This document shows, piece after piece, positions 18,693-28,295 of a stretch of 64,000 nucleotides of DNA. The notes below the pieces were generated by a model. It worked only from the letters and a program-made list of their open reading frames with translations. It searched no databases and had not been told where the DNA came from. The stretch spans positions 50,336 through 114,335 of the forward strand of contig VBWE01000005.1 of the NCBI GenBank assembly GCA_006218065.1, in the 5' to 3' direction. Each line of letters begins with the position of its first letter. Position 1 is the stretch's first letter. Source of the DNA: Bacteroidota bacterium. GTDB lineage: Bacteria > Bacteroidota > Bacteroidia > Palsa-965. The position numbers and the translations under genes were made by a program.

Positions 18693-19622
18693 ATGATTTT
18701 CCGGATAATACTTGCCGGTGCTGTACTTTGCAGCACCCTGCAATCTGCTGCGCAGGATTCGACCGCAACTAAAAAGCGGGAGCTGATTTCGCTGCAGGCT
18801 ACGCTTGATTTTATGAACTTCTACAATACGCAGGATCATATTTACCAGGTTCTTCCGCTGGCACCGGGCATGGTTATGTTGCATGAGGATAAACCGGGGT
18901 TTACGCAACTTCCTGATCACAACAATCAGCCCGCGTACAAAGGAGGGGAAATCCGTGCTGAAATCCGGATGAAGGAACCTGACACGAACAAGCGGTTCGC
19001 CTCGCGCCTTGTACTCGGATTGGGATACAAATCACGCAAGACGTATTGCCTTTCGTATGCCAAAAACGACCTGGTTCCTTTCGGATCCTTCCTGGCGGCC
19101 AACGGTGATTTGATTTTTTTGGATTCTGTTGTCAAAGAGCAGTATCATTTTTCATGGCGCACAAAAAGTATCGCGCTGCAAGCCGGACAATTGTTCAATT
19201 TTCACGGCCGTAAGCCTTCGCTCGCTTATGCCGGTTACCTGCTGGAGTTCCAGGTTCCTTTCGAAAGCCGGGTCGACGGCCAATATACGTACACAGCGAT
19301 TAAGATTGCTACATTACAGCAATATCCCGATCCCGCATTCGTGACCGAAGGTTACGCGCCCACTTATGTATCAACCGTCTCCGAAAAAAAGAATACACCA
19401 GCCGTACTGATCTGCCGCGCCTCCATCCCGCTGGGCACGCAGCTTAAATGGCGATTCCGGAAAACGAAAACGGCATTTGGTTTCTCGTATGAATTGCGCC
19501 CGGGAGCCGAATTCGTGAAAGTATCGAAGGTCGTGTGGGATTACCATTGGTTTATAAATTTTCATTTCGGGTTCAAGTACTTTTTTCCGCAGCCGGCAGC
19601 GACTGCGAAAACCACCGGGTAA
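18693..19622 (+). CDS. Hypothetical secreted / outer-membrane protein
   Basis: 309 aa. It has a signal peptide MIFRIILAGAVLCSTLQSAAQ, alternating beta-strand-like composition, and an aromatic residue near the C-terminus. Confidence 0.5.
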   Translation: MIFRIILAGAVLCSTLQSAAQDSTATKKRELISLQATLDFMNFYNTQDHIYQVLPLAPGMVMLHEDKPGFTQLPDHNNQPAYKGGEIRAEIRMKEPDTNKRFASRLVLGLGYKSRKTYCLSYAKNDLVPFGSFLAANGDLIFLDSVVKEQYHFSWRTKSIALQAGQLFNFHGRKPSLAYAGYLLEFQVPFESRVDGQYTYTAIKIATLQQYPDPAFVTEGYAPTYVSTVSEKKNTPAVLICRASIPLGTQLKWRFRKTKTAFGFSYELRPGAEFVKVSKVVWDYHWFINFHFGFKYFFPQPAATAKTTG

Positions 19623-19652
19623 AACTGATTATCTTGCATCGCTTATTGCGAA

Positions 19653-20513
19653 GTGATGGACAAAAATCTCATTCAGCGCTGCATTACCGGGTCGCTTTTT
19701 GTTATCGTGCTGGTGGGTTGCATTATCGGGCACCCGCTTTCGTTCGGCGGATTGTTCCTGCTGATTACCATACTCGGTTTATGGGAATTTTACGGCCTCG
19801 CTGAAAAAGCAGGCGCACAGCCGCTGAAAACGTACGGAACTTTGGTCGGCGCGTTTTTGTTTGCACTGGCTTTTCTTGCGAAGCGTGATCATAATTTCGC
19901 CCTGCTGCTTGCGGTTTTGCCGATGATCTTCCTGGTTTTCTTCGCAGAACTTTACCGGAAAAAAGACCACCCGTTTACGAATATTGCTTTTACGCTGACC
20001 GGGATTCTCTATGTTGCCCTGCCTTTTGCTTTATGGTGTCTTGTAATTGTTCCCACGCATACGGCTGTTTCAGGATGGCTTTCGGAACAGCCGCTTTTCA
20101 GCTACCGCTGGCACCTGTTCCTCGGTTTTTTCATCCTGATGTGGACCAGCGACACGATGGCTTACGTTTGCGGCCGGCTTTTCGGGAAACACAAGCTGTT
20201 CGAACGGATTTCACCCAAGAAAACCTGGGAAGGAACTATTGGCGGCGGGCTTTTTGCGCTGGGGGCCGCTTTCCTGGTCGCGCATTTCTGGAAAGACATC
20301 GAACTGGTTCACTGGCTGGTCATCGCCGGTATCGTGGTGGTTTGCGGCAACCTCGGCGACCTTACCGAATCGCTCTTCAAAAGAAGCATCAACATCAAGG
20401 ATTCCGGCAATATCCTGCCCGGTCACGGCGGCATTCTCGACCGTTTTGACGCCGCGCTGCTCGCATCTCCTTTCGTGGCCTGCTACCTCCTGTTTATCCC
20501 TTCAGTTCAGTAA
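19653..20513 (+). CDS. cdsA: Phosphatidate cytidylyltransferase
   Basis: 286 aa, polytopic. It carries the C-terminal signature SLFKRSINIKDSGNILPGHGGILDRFD. Confidence 0.9.
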   Translation: MMDKNLIQRCITGSLFVIVLVGCIIGHPLSFGGLFLLITILGLWEFYGLAEKAGAQPLKTYGTLVGAFLFALAFLAKRDHNFALLLAVLPMIFLVFFAELYRKKDHPFTNIAFTLTGILYVALPFALWCLVIVPTHTAVSGWLSEQPLFSYRWHLFLGFFILMWTSDTMAYVCGRLFGKHKLFERISPKKTWEGTIGGGLFALGAAFLVAHFWKDIELVHWLVIAGIVVVCGNLGDLTESLFKRSINIKDSGNILPGHGGILDRFDAALLASPFVACYLLFIPSVQ

Positions 20514-20603
20514 GCCGCCGAAAACGAGCCGGTATTGGTCTAAGAAAAGCCCGCTACTCATACCTCGGCGGATCCTGCCGAAACAAAACAAGCACATGCC
20601 AGT

Positions 20604-21836
20604 ATGTTTGATGCAGTGCTTGCCCGCCTGGACAAAGCCGCCCAGATTTTCGGCCTTGCTCCCGACATAGCAGAAATTTTACGTCACCCGAAGAAAGAAG
20701 TCGCCGTCAGCCTTCCCATCAAAATGGACGACGGAAGCACCAAAGTTTTCGAAGGTTACCGTACCGTACACTCCACGCACCTGGGTCCCTCCAAAGGCGG
20801 TATCCGCTATGCGATGGATGTGAATGCCGATGAAGTCCGCGCCCTTTCGGCCTGGATGACGTTCAAATGCGCTATCGCCAACCTCCCGTACGGCGGCGCC
20901 AAAGGCGGTATCAAATGCGATCCCCGCAAAATGTCGGTCGGTGAACTTGAACGCCTTACCCGCGCATATACCCGTTCGCTTTCTGATATTTTCGGCGTCA
21001 ATAAAGACATTCCCGCCCCGGATATGGGCACAGGCAAACGTGAAATGGCCTGGCTGCTTGACGAATTCAACCGCATCGTCGGGGAAGATTCGCCCGGCGT
21101 GGTAACCGGTAAGCCGATCACCCTCGGCGGATCGAAAGGCCGTGAAGTAGCGACAGGCCGCGGCGTGATGATTTCCACGCTGGCTGCCATGAAAAAAATG
21201 GGTATCAATTACAAAGCGGCTACCGCGGCCGTACAGGGCTTCGGTAACGTAGGCTCGCATGCCGCCCGCCTGCTGGCTTCCCAGAAAATCAAAGTAGTAG
21301 CGATTTCCGACCATACTGCCGCGTTCCACAACGAGAACGGCATCGATCTCGATAAAGCATTCAAATACGCAGCATCCAACGGCAATATCCTCAAAGGTTT
21401 CGATGGCGGACAACTAATCAACAATAACGAATTGCTCACAGCTTCCGTCGATGTGCTTGTTCCTGCAGCAATCCAGGGCGTGATTACCGCGGCAAATGCC
21501 AACGATATCAAAGCCAAACTCATCGTGGAAGGCGCAAACGGTCCTACGGAAGCCGATGCGGATGCTATCCTGAACGAAAAAGGAATCATCGTGGTTCCCG
21601 ACGTGCTGGCCAACGGCGGCGGCGTAACGGTTTCGTATTTCGAATGGGTACAGAACAAGTACGGACATTACTGGTCCGAAGACGAAGTGAATATGAAACA
21701 CGATGCGTCGATGAACCAGGCTTTCGAAAACGTATGGTTCAATGCCCAGCAGTTCAAAACCAGCATGCGTATCGGCGCTTACATCACAGCCCTTAAAAGG
21801 CTGGACAAAGCGATCCGGTACAAAGGCAATTACTAA
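20604..21836 (+). CDS. Glu/Leu/Phe/Val dehydrogenase family, glutamate dehydrogenase-like
   Basis: 410 aa with the catalytic region LPYGGAKGGI and the dinucleotide fold VQGFGNVGSHAA. Confidence 0.9.
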   Translation: MFDAVLARLDKAAQIFGLAPDIAEILRHPKKEVAVSLPIKMDDGSTKVFEGYRTVHSTHLGPSKGGIRYAMDVNADEVRALSAWMTFKCAIANLPYGGAKGGIKCDPRKMSVGELERLTRAYTRSLSDIFGVNKDIPAPDMGTGKREMAWLLDEFNRIVGEDSPGVVTGKPITLGGSKGREVATGRGVMISTLAAMKKMGINYKAATAAVQGFGNVGSHAARLLASQKIKVVAISDHTAAFHNENGIDLDKAFKYAASNGNILKGFDGGQLINNNELLTASVDVLVPAAIQGVITAANANDIKAKLIVEGANGPTEADADAILNEKGIIVVPDVLANGGGVTVSYFEWVQNKYGHYWSEDEVNMKHDASMNQAFENVWFNAQQFKTSMRIGAYITALKRLDKAIRYKGNY

Positions 21837-21852
21837 GCCTACTGATATTTGT

Positions 21853-21891
21853 AAAAGCCGTTCCGGTTCCCGCGGGACGGCTTTTGTTTTT
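21853..21891 (+). terminator. Rho-independent terminator
   Basis: Stem aaaagccgt...acggctttt followed by gttttt, directly after the dehydrogenase stop. Confidence 0.7.
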
Positions 21892-21936
21892 ATTCACGCA
21901 GCCGGAAAAACCGGCTTCTGAAATAAAATCCGAAAT

Positions 21937-22617
21937 TTGTCCCGCAATATCACACTTATGATCCACCGCGAAGGCTACGCTACTATTCTCTGGACTTTTA
22001 TTTTCCTTGCCATACTCAACCTTGCTGTACATTTCCTGCTGGGCGAATACCTTGTGGCCAAAATCCTGGCGTACGCCGCCACGGTTGCACTTACGTACAT
22101 CATCCTGCAGTTTTTCCGCAATCCCGCACGAAACACGGTTGCTGCAGCCGGGCGAATCATCGCACCCGCCGACGGCAAAGTTGTGGTCATGGAAGAAGTG
22201 AGCGAAACCGAATATTTCAACGGGGAAAAGCGACTGCAGATTTCCATTTTCATGTCGCCTTTCAACGTGCACGTGAATCGTTACCCCATTGCCGGAAAGG
22301 TGAAATATGTAAAGTATCATCCCGGTAAATACCTCGTGGCCTGGCATCCGAAATCATCCACGGAAAACGAACGGACTACGATCGTAGTGGAAGACGACCA
22401 AAACAGGCCGGTTCTTTTCCGCCAGATTGCCGGGGCGATGGCGCGCCGCATCGTGTATTATGCAAAAGAAAACGATCCGGCAACCGCCGGCGGCGAATGT
22501 GGTTTTATCAAATTCGGTTCGCGTGTCGACCTGCTGCTGCCGCCGGGTGTGCAGGTTAAAGTAAAGCTGAACCAGGTAGTTACCGGCGGTGAAACGGTGA
22601 TCGCCGAATTTGCCTGA
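21937..22617 (+). CDS. psd: Phosphatidylserine decarboxylase proenzyme
   Basis: 226 aa, short Bacteroidota-type Psd. The self-cleavage region FGSRVDLLLP (GS motif) lies near the C-terminus. Confidence 0.9.
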   Translation: MSRNITLMIHREGYATILWTFIFLAILNLAVHFLLGEYLVAKILAYAATVALTYIILQFFRNPARNTVAAAGRIIAPADGKVVVMEEVSETEYFNGEKRLQISIFMSPFNVHVNRYPIAGKVKYVKYHPGKYLVAWHPKSSTENERTTIVVEDDQNRPVLFRQIAGAMARRIVYYAKENDPATAGGECGFIKFGSRVDLLLPPGVQVKVKLNQVVTGGETVIAEFA

Positions 22618-22681
22618 TCCATTATTTTTGGTACCTTTATTGCTGTAACTATCCTGAAAAACAACTAAACACATAAAAACC

Positions 22682-22954
22682 ATGAAAAAATTATTTGCAG
22701 TTCTTGCCCTCACCGGTATGATGGTAGCTGTATCTGCTCCCGCAGTACGCGCAGCCAGCAACAATACAACCGCTGTAGCCGGCGACAAAGAGAAAAAAGA
22801 GAAGAAGAAAAAAGCCAAGAAAGGCTGCTGCGCCAAGGATGACCAGACGCGTGCTACTGCCGAAGGCAAAGGTGATGCTAAATCATGCACCAAAGGCGAA
22901 TCAAAATGCTGCAAAGGCAAAACGGAAGCTAAAACCGAAAGCAAACCGCAGTAA
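22682..22954 (+). CDS. Small secreted Lys/Cys-rich protein
   Basis: 90 aa. It has a signal peptide MKKLFAVLALTGMMVAVSAPAVRA and then a K/E-rich mature part with five Cys (GCCAKDD...KSCTKGESKCCKGK). A strong terminator follows. Confidence 0.55.
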   Translation: MKKLFAVLALTGMMVAVSAPAVRAASNNTTAVAGDKEKKEKKKKAKKGCCAKDDQTRATAEGKGDAKSCTKGESKCCKGKTEAKTESKPQ

Positions 22955-22972
22955 TCGATTTACTGATCATAT

Positions 22973-23005
22973 AAAAGGCTGTCCGCGGACAGCCTTTTTC
23001 TTTTT
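22973..23005. terminator. Bidirectional rho-independent terminator between convergent genes
   Basis: Stem aaaaggctgtcc/ggacagcctttt, with a T-run on the plus strand and an A-run upstream (a T-run on the minus strand). Confidence 0.8.
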
Positions 23006-23717
23006 ACGCGTGTTTTCCTGCCCGGAGAATCGGGATAAGCTCGCTGAGATCGTCGATGATATACGTCGCTTCACCTACTGCTTCCACACCATTCCTGAAC
23101 CAGGCCTGGTCCCAGCCGGCATTACGGGCGCCTGAAATATCGATGTCATGATCGTCGCCGATCATGATAGACTCGTGCGCAGCAGCGCCGCTGGCTTTGA
23201 GTGCATACTCAAATATCCGGCGATCGGGCTTGGTGCAGTCGGCGCGCTCGGAAGTAATTACTTCGGTGAAAAAAGATTTTAATCCGCAGTTTTCCATTTT
23301 CACATGCTGCACTTCTTCGAAACCGTTGGTGATGATATGCAGTACGAAAGATTCCGACAGCGCAGTAAGTACTTCCCGCGTTCCGGGAATCAGCCTGGTT
23401 TTAGCAGGCGCTTCGTTCATGTAATCGTCTCCGAACTTTTCCGCCAGCTTTACATCCTTCACACCGAAATGCGAAAACGTTTGCCGGAAACGCAGCGCAC
23501 GCAGCGAAGCTTTATTGATCAGGCCACGCTGGTAACGGTTCCAGAGCAGGTCGTTGTAACGGAGATAGTATTCAATAAAAATTTCGGACGATGCAATTCC
23601 TTTTTCCTGCAGGCCATGCCGCCCGAACAGGTCGCTGAGCGTTTCGCGGGAATTCAGATCCATATCCCATAATGTGCGATCGAGGTCGAAAAAAAGATGG
23701 CGGTACGGCTTGGGCAT
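23004..23717 (-). CDS. HAD-superfamily hydrolase (subfamily IA, YjjG-like)
   Basis: The track ORF extends to 23765. The ATG at 23717 gives MPKPYRHLFFDLDRTLWD (HAD motif I, DxD). Motifs ITNG and GDDHDIDISGARNAG follow downstream. This start abuts the upstream gene's stop at 23719. Confidence 0.85.
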   Translation of the reverse strand: MPKPYRHLFFDLDRTLWDMDLNSRETLSDLFGRHGLQEKGIASSEIFIEYYLRYNDLLWNRYQRGLINKASLRALRFRQTFSHFGVKDVKLAEKFGDDYMNEAPAKTRLIPGTREVLTALSESFVLHIITNGFEEVQHVKMENCGLKSFFTEVITSERADCTKPDRRIFEYALKASGAAAHESIMIGDDHDIDISGARNAGWDQAWFRNGVEAVGEATYIIDDLSELIPILRAGKHA

Positions 23718-23718
23718 G

Positions 23719-24225
23719 TTAATCCACCCCGGGAATTTTATGAGACAGTTGCAGGTATTGGGCAAGTCCGTTCAATACCAGCGACCAGAAAATCAGCGAA
23801 ACGAACAATGCGGAAAAAATCCGGAATTTCTTTTTGAAGAACCGGTTGATCACGAACACCCCGATCGGGATGGAAATGATGCAGGGTGTAACAAACGCAA
23901 GCCCGGCAAGTCCGAAACGGGTTTTGATCCAAACGATCATCCGGTTTACACGTGTAAATTTCCTGCGCGGAATCCGTTCGATCACTTCTGCTTTTTTGTG
24001 CATGAACGGCGCCTTGATGAGCGCAATGAAGTGCCTCCACTTGTTTACAAGAAAATCGCCGACAAAGGTGAATGCCAGGATGCCGATTATTCCGCCGGCC
24101 GTGGTGATGATAAATGATTCCCAGAAATTGTAATGAAATCCTTCCGCCGTAAAAGGAGCGGCAAGAAATTTTGTTGCGGATACAAGCAGGATGACAGCGA
24201 TCTTTTCTATTTCAACAATATCCAT
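23719..24225 (-). CDS. Hypothetical small integral membrane protein
   Basis: 168 aa with about 4 predicted TM helices. No recognisable family motif. Confidence 0.5.
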   Translation of the reverse strand: MDIVEIEKIAVILLVSATKFLAAPFTAEGFHYNFWESFIITTAGGIIGILAFTFVGDFLVNKWRHFIALIKAPFMHKKAEVIERIPRRKFTRVNRMIVWIKTRFGLAGLAFVTPCIISIPIGVFVINRFFKKKFRIFSALFVSLIFWSLVLNGLAQYLQLSHKIPGVD

Positions 24226-24239
24226 GCAATGCGAATCGC

Positions 24240-24887
24240 TTAAAGTTTTATCCCGTACGCGAGATCTCCCGCATCTCCCAGCCCGGGCACGATGTACGAC
24301 TGTGCGGTCAGCTCTTCATCGATGGCCGCTGCCCAGATCGTGGTGTTTTCAGGTAAATGTTTTTTCACGTAATCCACACCGGCCGAACTCGCGATGGCGG
24401 AAACCACATGCAGGTGTTTCGGTTTTCCGCGGGTAAGCATGGCCTGGTAGGTGAGCACCATCGACGTGCCGGTTGCCAGCATGGGGTCGCAAAGAATCAG
24501 CACTTTGTCCGTGAGATCGGGAGTCGACAGGTACTCCACGTGCACATCGAAAGTTCCATCCTTATGATGGCGCCGGTAAGCGGAAATGAACGCATTTTCA
24601 GCGCCGTCGAAATAATTCAGCATCCCCTGGTGCATGGGCAGGCCGGCGCGGAGAATGGTGGAAACTACAGGTTGCTGTTTCAATACCGGCACATGCGCAA
24701 TGCCGAGCGGCGTAGTGATTTCTTTTTCCTGCCAGTCCAGCAGCTTGCTGATTTCATAGGCAAAAATTTCGCCGATGCGTTCCAGGTTCCGGCGAAAGCG
24801 CATGCTGTCGGACTGCACTTCTGTATTCCGCAGTTCTGCAATAAACTGGTTCAGCAGCGAATTGTGTTTTCCAAGCTCGATAATCAT
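24240..24887 (-). CDS. upp: Uracil phosphoribosyltransferase
   Basis: 215 aa with the PRPP-binding loop VLILCDPMLATGTS and the C-terminal YIVPGLGDAGD. Confidence 0.95.
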   Translation of the reverse strand: MIIELGKHNSLLNQFIAELRNTEVQSDSMRFRRNLERIGEIFAYEISKLLDWQEKEITTPLGIAHVPVLKQQPVVSTILRAGLPMHQGMLNYFDGAENAFISAYRRHHKDGTFDVHVEYLSTPDLTDKVLILCDPMLATGTSMVLTYQAMLTRGKPKHLHVVSAIASSAGVDYVKKHLPENTTIWAAAIDEELTAQSYIVPGLGDAGDLAYGIKL

Positions 24888-24901
24888 ATGAAAGAGTTGA
24901 A

Positions 24902-25822
24902 TCAGGGCCGCTTTTTCAGCAGCTTTACCGGCCAGGGAAGTTCGTTCTTCCGGGCCTGTAAATATACGTATTCTTTAGCGCCGAATCCTTTGTAGAAACG
25001 GGCCAGGTTCTCGTCATTCGATCCTTCGAAATCGAGCACGAGATTTTTCTGCGCATTTTCCGAGATAAAATGGTCTACGAGAAAAAACATGGCCCCGCTT
25101 TCGCGTGCTGCGACCGAAGTGCCCGAGAAAAGAAAAATAACCTTGCCGTTCGAATCGGTGAAAAAAGCGCCGGCCTGCAGGTCGCCGCCGGGCCCCTTTA
25201 CCCCGCGCACATGCAGCATACCACGCGCATCCAGCACACGAAGCAGGGTCCGCAGCAAATCATATTGAGGTTCGCGCAGTTGTTCCACGTTACGGCCCCG
25301 CGCCTGCCTGAACAACGTGATAATCTCTTCGTGCGCAATATCCGATGTAATTGTAAGCTGCTGCTGTTGTGACTTTTTAACGTTCCGCCGGGTGTTTTCC
25401 GAATAACCCCGGAACAGTTTTTCGTATGATTCGATAAGATCGAGTTCATGGGTCAGGTTCGGGAACAGCTTCCATTTGCCTTCTACCGGCTTGTTAAACG
25501 TATTCAGGTTCAGCTCGTAGTACCTGAATTTCGGAGGAATGGCTTCGAGGAACCTGCTCACGTCTTCACTGGTGAGCTTCGACACCGAAAAAACGCCGAG
25601 CTGCTGGATAAAGAACGGCGGAAAGAGGTAATGGAATCCGAATTTCTTCGCTGCAGGCAAGGGCATCACGCCCTGGTAATTTTCTTCGACCAGCGCTTCC
25701 CAGGCCGGACAAACCACATCGAGGTACCAGGAGTAAGCATAGATAATTCCGTTGAACGAACGCCTGATACATTCGTCCCAGCGGGCCCTGTCTATTTCGT
25801 TATGACGGACGTAACGGATCAT
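24902..25822 (-). CDS. FemAB-like / GNAT-fold acyltransferase-family protein
   Basis: The track ORF extends to 25885. The ATG at 25822 (MIRYVRHNEIDRARWD) forms an ATGA overlap with the upstream stop. The size and two-lobed layout resemble FemAB/GNAT-type proteins, but the motif match is weak. Confidence 0.55.
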   Translation of the reverse strand: MIRYVRHNEIDRARWDECIRRSFNGIIYAYSWYLDVVCPAWEALVEENYQGVMPLPAAKKFGFHYLFPPFFIQQLGVFSVSKLTSEDVSRFLEAIPPKFRYYELNLNTFNKPVEGKWKLFPNLTHELDLIESYEKLFRGYSENTRRNVKKSQQQQLTITSDIAHEEIITLFRQARGRNVEQLREPQYDLLRTLLRVLDARGMLHVRGVKGPGGDLQAGAFFTDSNGKVIFLFSGTSVAARESGAMFFLVDHFISENAQKNLVLDFEGSNDENLARFYKGFGAKEYVYLQARKNELPWPVKLLKKRP

Positions 25823-27135
25823 GCTTGTTTTTTTTCGGATGCCTGGGTTACGATCCGGAAATACGTATCGCGCCAGCCTTTCCACTGTTTTTCGTCGCTC
25901 AGCGATTCATTGTGCCAGAGCAGCATAAATACGCCCTGCACCGATTTCACTTCTTCGATCAGCGGAGCCACGAGCGCGGGCGCCGCTTCCGGTTCGGTTT
26001 TCATATAATACTTCAGGCTGGCATCCATCACGGCAAAAGGGTGAATGCGCAAACCGGTTTCGAGTTCCTGGTCCAGGTCGTAAAACTTGAACGAAGTACA
26101 AATCCCCGCGCGGAAACCGATCTCGTTTGCAAAACCCATCGAAAAATCATCCGTGATATCGCGTTCGATCAGGTTCCGGTAAGTATCCGGAAATTTAAGC
26201 ATCAGGAAATGCTGCCTGCTTCGCGTGATATCCTGGTGCAGGATCGACCGAAGCCTGCTGATTTCGGTGCGCAGCCGTTCGGGTTCTTTGTTTGAACCGA
26301 AAGACGGGTGAACACCGATTTCGGCATGATCGGCGATGTGTTTGATCAGCGAGCGGAATTTCCTGTTCTGAACGGAAAGGTTTTTATCGTTCACGCCGTA
26401 ATCGCCCACGAGGAAAAAATAAACCGGGCGAAAATGAAACTGTTCCTGCACCTGCAACTGGTAATCATACGTGTCGTACGGATCTTTCTGGAGCCTGAGA
26501 AGCACACGCAGTCGTTCGGAAAACTCGCTGAAATTGAGCTGGAATAAGGCTTTCCCCAGTCCGCCTGCCGCACGTACAATTCCTTTTTCACGATAAGCGT
26601 ATGCATTATCAATATCGATCGTGGGAACAAAACGATACCGTTTTACAGGAAATGTCAATGCCGGGAAATGTGCTGCGAGTATTTTTTTCAGGCGTGCTCC
26701 CCAAAGATTGACGACCGGTTTTTGCAGGAACCCGTTTTGCCAGGCCAGGCTCTGGTGTGCATCGAAACGGTCGAGCGAATCGCGGATATGCGGAAGGTAC
26801 TCTTCGTAACGGCTCACCAGGTAAAATCCTGCGGCGAACAGATCGAAGGGCAAAGCCGATTGTTTACCCGCAGAAAAAAACACCGGTAAATCTTCCCACA
26901 GGCTCACCGGGATATGCTGTTCCGAAATCCCGGTCTCGAAAAGCAGGCCGCAGGAAGCAAAATGCAGTTCATTGGCGAGCGGTTTCTGCCCGTAGCTCAG
27001 TTTCGGACCGGCATGCGCGGCAAATTCGTTCTGATCGGTTGTAAAATGAACAGGCACGCCGAGCATCTCATCAAAATAGAGATGAAAAATATACCGCAGC
27101 CGGTTGGTGATTTTATGCGTATAAACGAGCACCAT
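25819..27135 (-). CDS. Polysaccharide-deacetylase-like protein (Bacteroidota-type, N-terminal extra domain)
   Basis: 438 aa. PTIDIDNAYAY and HPSFGSN resemble NodB-type deacetylase motifs. Its start is coupled to the wecB stop (both at 27135). Confidence 0.55.
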   Translation of the reverse strand: MVLVYTHKITNRLRYIFHLYFDEMLGVPVHFTTDQNEFAAHAGPKLSYGQKPLANELHFASCGLLFETGISEQHIPVSLWEDLPVFFSAGKQSALPFDLFAAGFYLVSRYEEYLPHIRDSLDRFDAHQSLAWQNGFLQKPVVNLWGARLKKILAAHFPALTFPVKRYRFVPTIDIDNAYAYREKGIVRAAGGLGKALFQLNFSEFSERLRVLLRLQKDPYDTYDYQLQVQEQFHFRPVYFFLVGDYGVNDKNLSVQNRKFRSLIKHIADHAEIGVHPSFGSNKEPERLRTEISRLRSILHQDITRSRQHFLMLKFPDTYRNLIERDITDDFSMGFANEIGFRAGICTSFKFYDLDQELETGLRIHPFAVMDASLKYYMKTEPEAAPALVAPLIEEVKSVQGVFMLLWHNESLSDEKQWKGWRDTYFRIVTQASEKKQA

Positions 27136-28283
27136 CAGTTTTTTTTCTGCAGGTGGCGTATCATTTCAGAACAGATGAATTCGGCGGCATGCCCGTCTCC
27201 GAAAAGTTTCGGGAACCCGGGAGTTTCCCCGATCAGTTTTCCCGCTGCGTTTTCAATCCGCATGCTGTCGGCATCGGCGAGTATGGCTGCGCCGCAATCC
27301 ACCAGTTCCACCCATTCCGTTTCAGGGCGGAGAATCACGCATGGTTTTTCAAAAAAGAAAGCTTCTTTCTGAACGCCGCCGGAATCGGTGAAAATCATGC
27401 GCGCATTTTTCTCGAGCAGGATCATTTCAAAAAACGAAGCGGGCGGAATGAGATGAATAAGCGGATTATTTGTCAGCCGTTTGTACAGATCCTTGTGACC
27501 ACTGAGTTGCTTGGTGGTACGCGGGTGAACGGGAATCACGAAAGGGCATTCGTATTTCAGGCTGATTTTTTCAAACGCGGAGAAAATCGCTTCGAGTCTT
27601 TCCGGGATATCCGTGTTTCCGTCGCGGTGCACCGTGGCCAGGAAAAAATTACCGGCGGTAAGCGAGAGGCGATTCAGCAGATCGGATTTCTGTTCGGCAA
27701 GCTGCGCGAAGTACAGGCTGTTGTCGTACATCACATCGCCGCAATGATACGCTTTCGGATTATCGGCGGAAGCAGGCAGGTTATTTTCGGAAACCAATCC
27801 TTCTTTGCGCAGGTTTTCATACCCGGTTTTCGTGGGCGAAAAAAGCAGCGTGGAAACATGATCACAGCCGATCCTGTTTATTTCTTCGGGCATGCGTTTG
27901 TTGAATGAGCGCAGCCCTGCTTCGATATGCACAACCGGCACATGGATTTTGGATGCCGCCACAGCGCCGGCAAGCGTGGAATTGGTATCGCCGTAAAGCA
28001 CCAGTGCGTCCGGTTTTTCCTTCAGCAGGATTTCCTCGATACCGGTGATCATCGCGGCGGTTTGTTTTCCATGGCTGGAGGAACCTACACCGAGATTGTA
28101 GTCCGGGGCGGGAATATCCATCTCCTGGAAAAAAACCTGCGACATGTTCTCATCATAATGCTGCCCGGTATGAATAATAATTTCCCGGATACTGTCGCTG
28201 AAACGAGTCCGGATGGCACGGCTGAGCGCAGCGGCTTTTATAATCTGGGGCCGGGCGCCGATAACGGTGGCGATTTTCAACAT
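27135..28283 (-). CDS. wecB: UDP-N-acetylglucosamine 2-epimerase (non-hydrolysing)
   Basis: 382 aa with N-terminus MLKIATVIGARPQIIKAA, plus HTGQHYD, GDTNSTLAGA, HIEAGLRS and DSGGVQKEA. Confidence 0.93.
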   Translation of the reverse strand: MLKIATVIGARPQIIKAAALSRAIRTRFSDSIREIIIHTGQHYDENMSQVFFQEMDIPAPDYNLGVGSSSHGKQTAAMITGIEEILLKEKPDALVLYGDTNSTLAGAVAASKIHVPVVHIEAGLRSFNKRMPEEINRIGCDHVSTLLFSPTKTGYENLRKEGLVSENNLPASADNPKAYHCGDVMYDNSLYFAQLAEQKSDLLNRLSLTAGNFFLATVHRDGNTDIPERLEAIFSAFEKISLKYECPFVIPVHPRTTKQLSGHKDLYKRLTNNPLIHLIPPASFFEMILLEKNARMIFTDSGGVQKEAFFFEKPCVILRPETEWVELVDCGAAILADADSMRIENAAGKLIGETPGFPKLFGDGHAAEFICSEMIRHLQKKN

Positions 28284-28295
28284 AACACTGCGAAT

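Noticed and set aside
18521-18772. 83-aa plus-strand ORF, and the 18242..18609 minus-strand ORFs, across the 145-bp hairpin
   Set aside because: They are composed of the hairpin arms, and the same peptide FKFSNWFHFQI appears in both orientations. There is no independent coding evidence.
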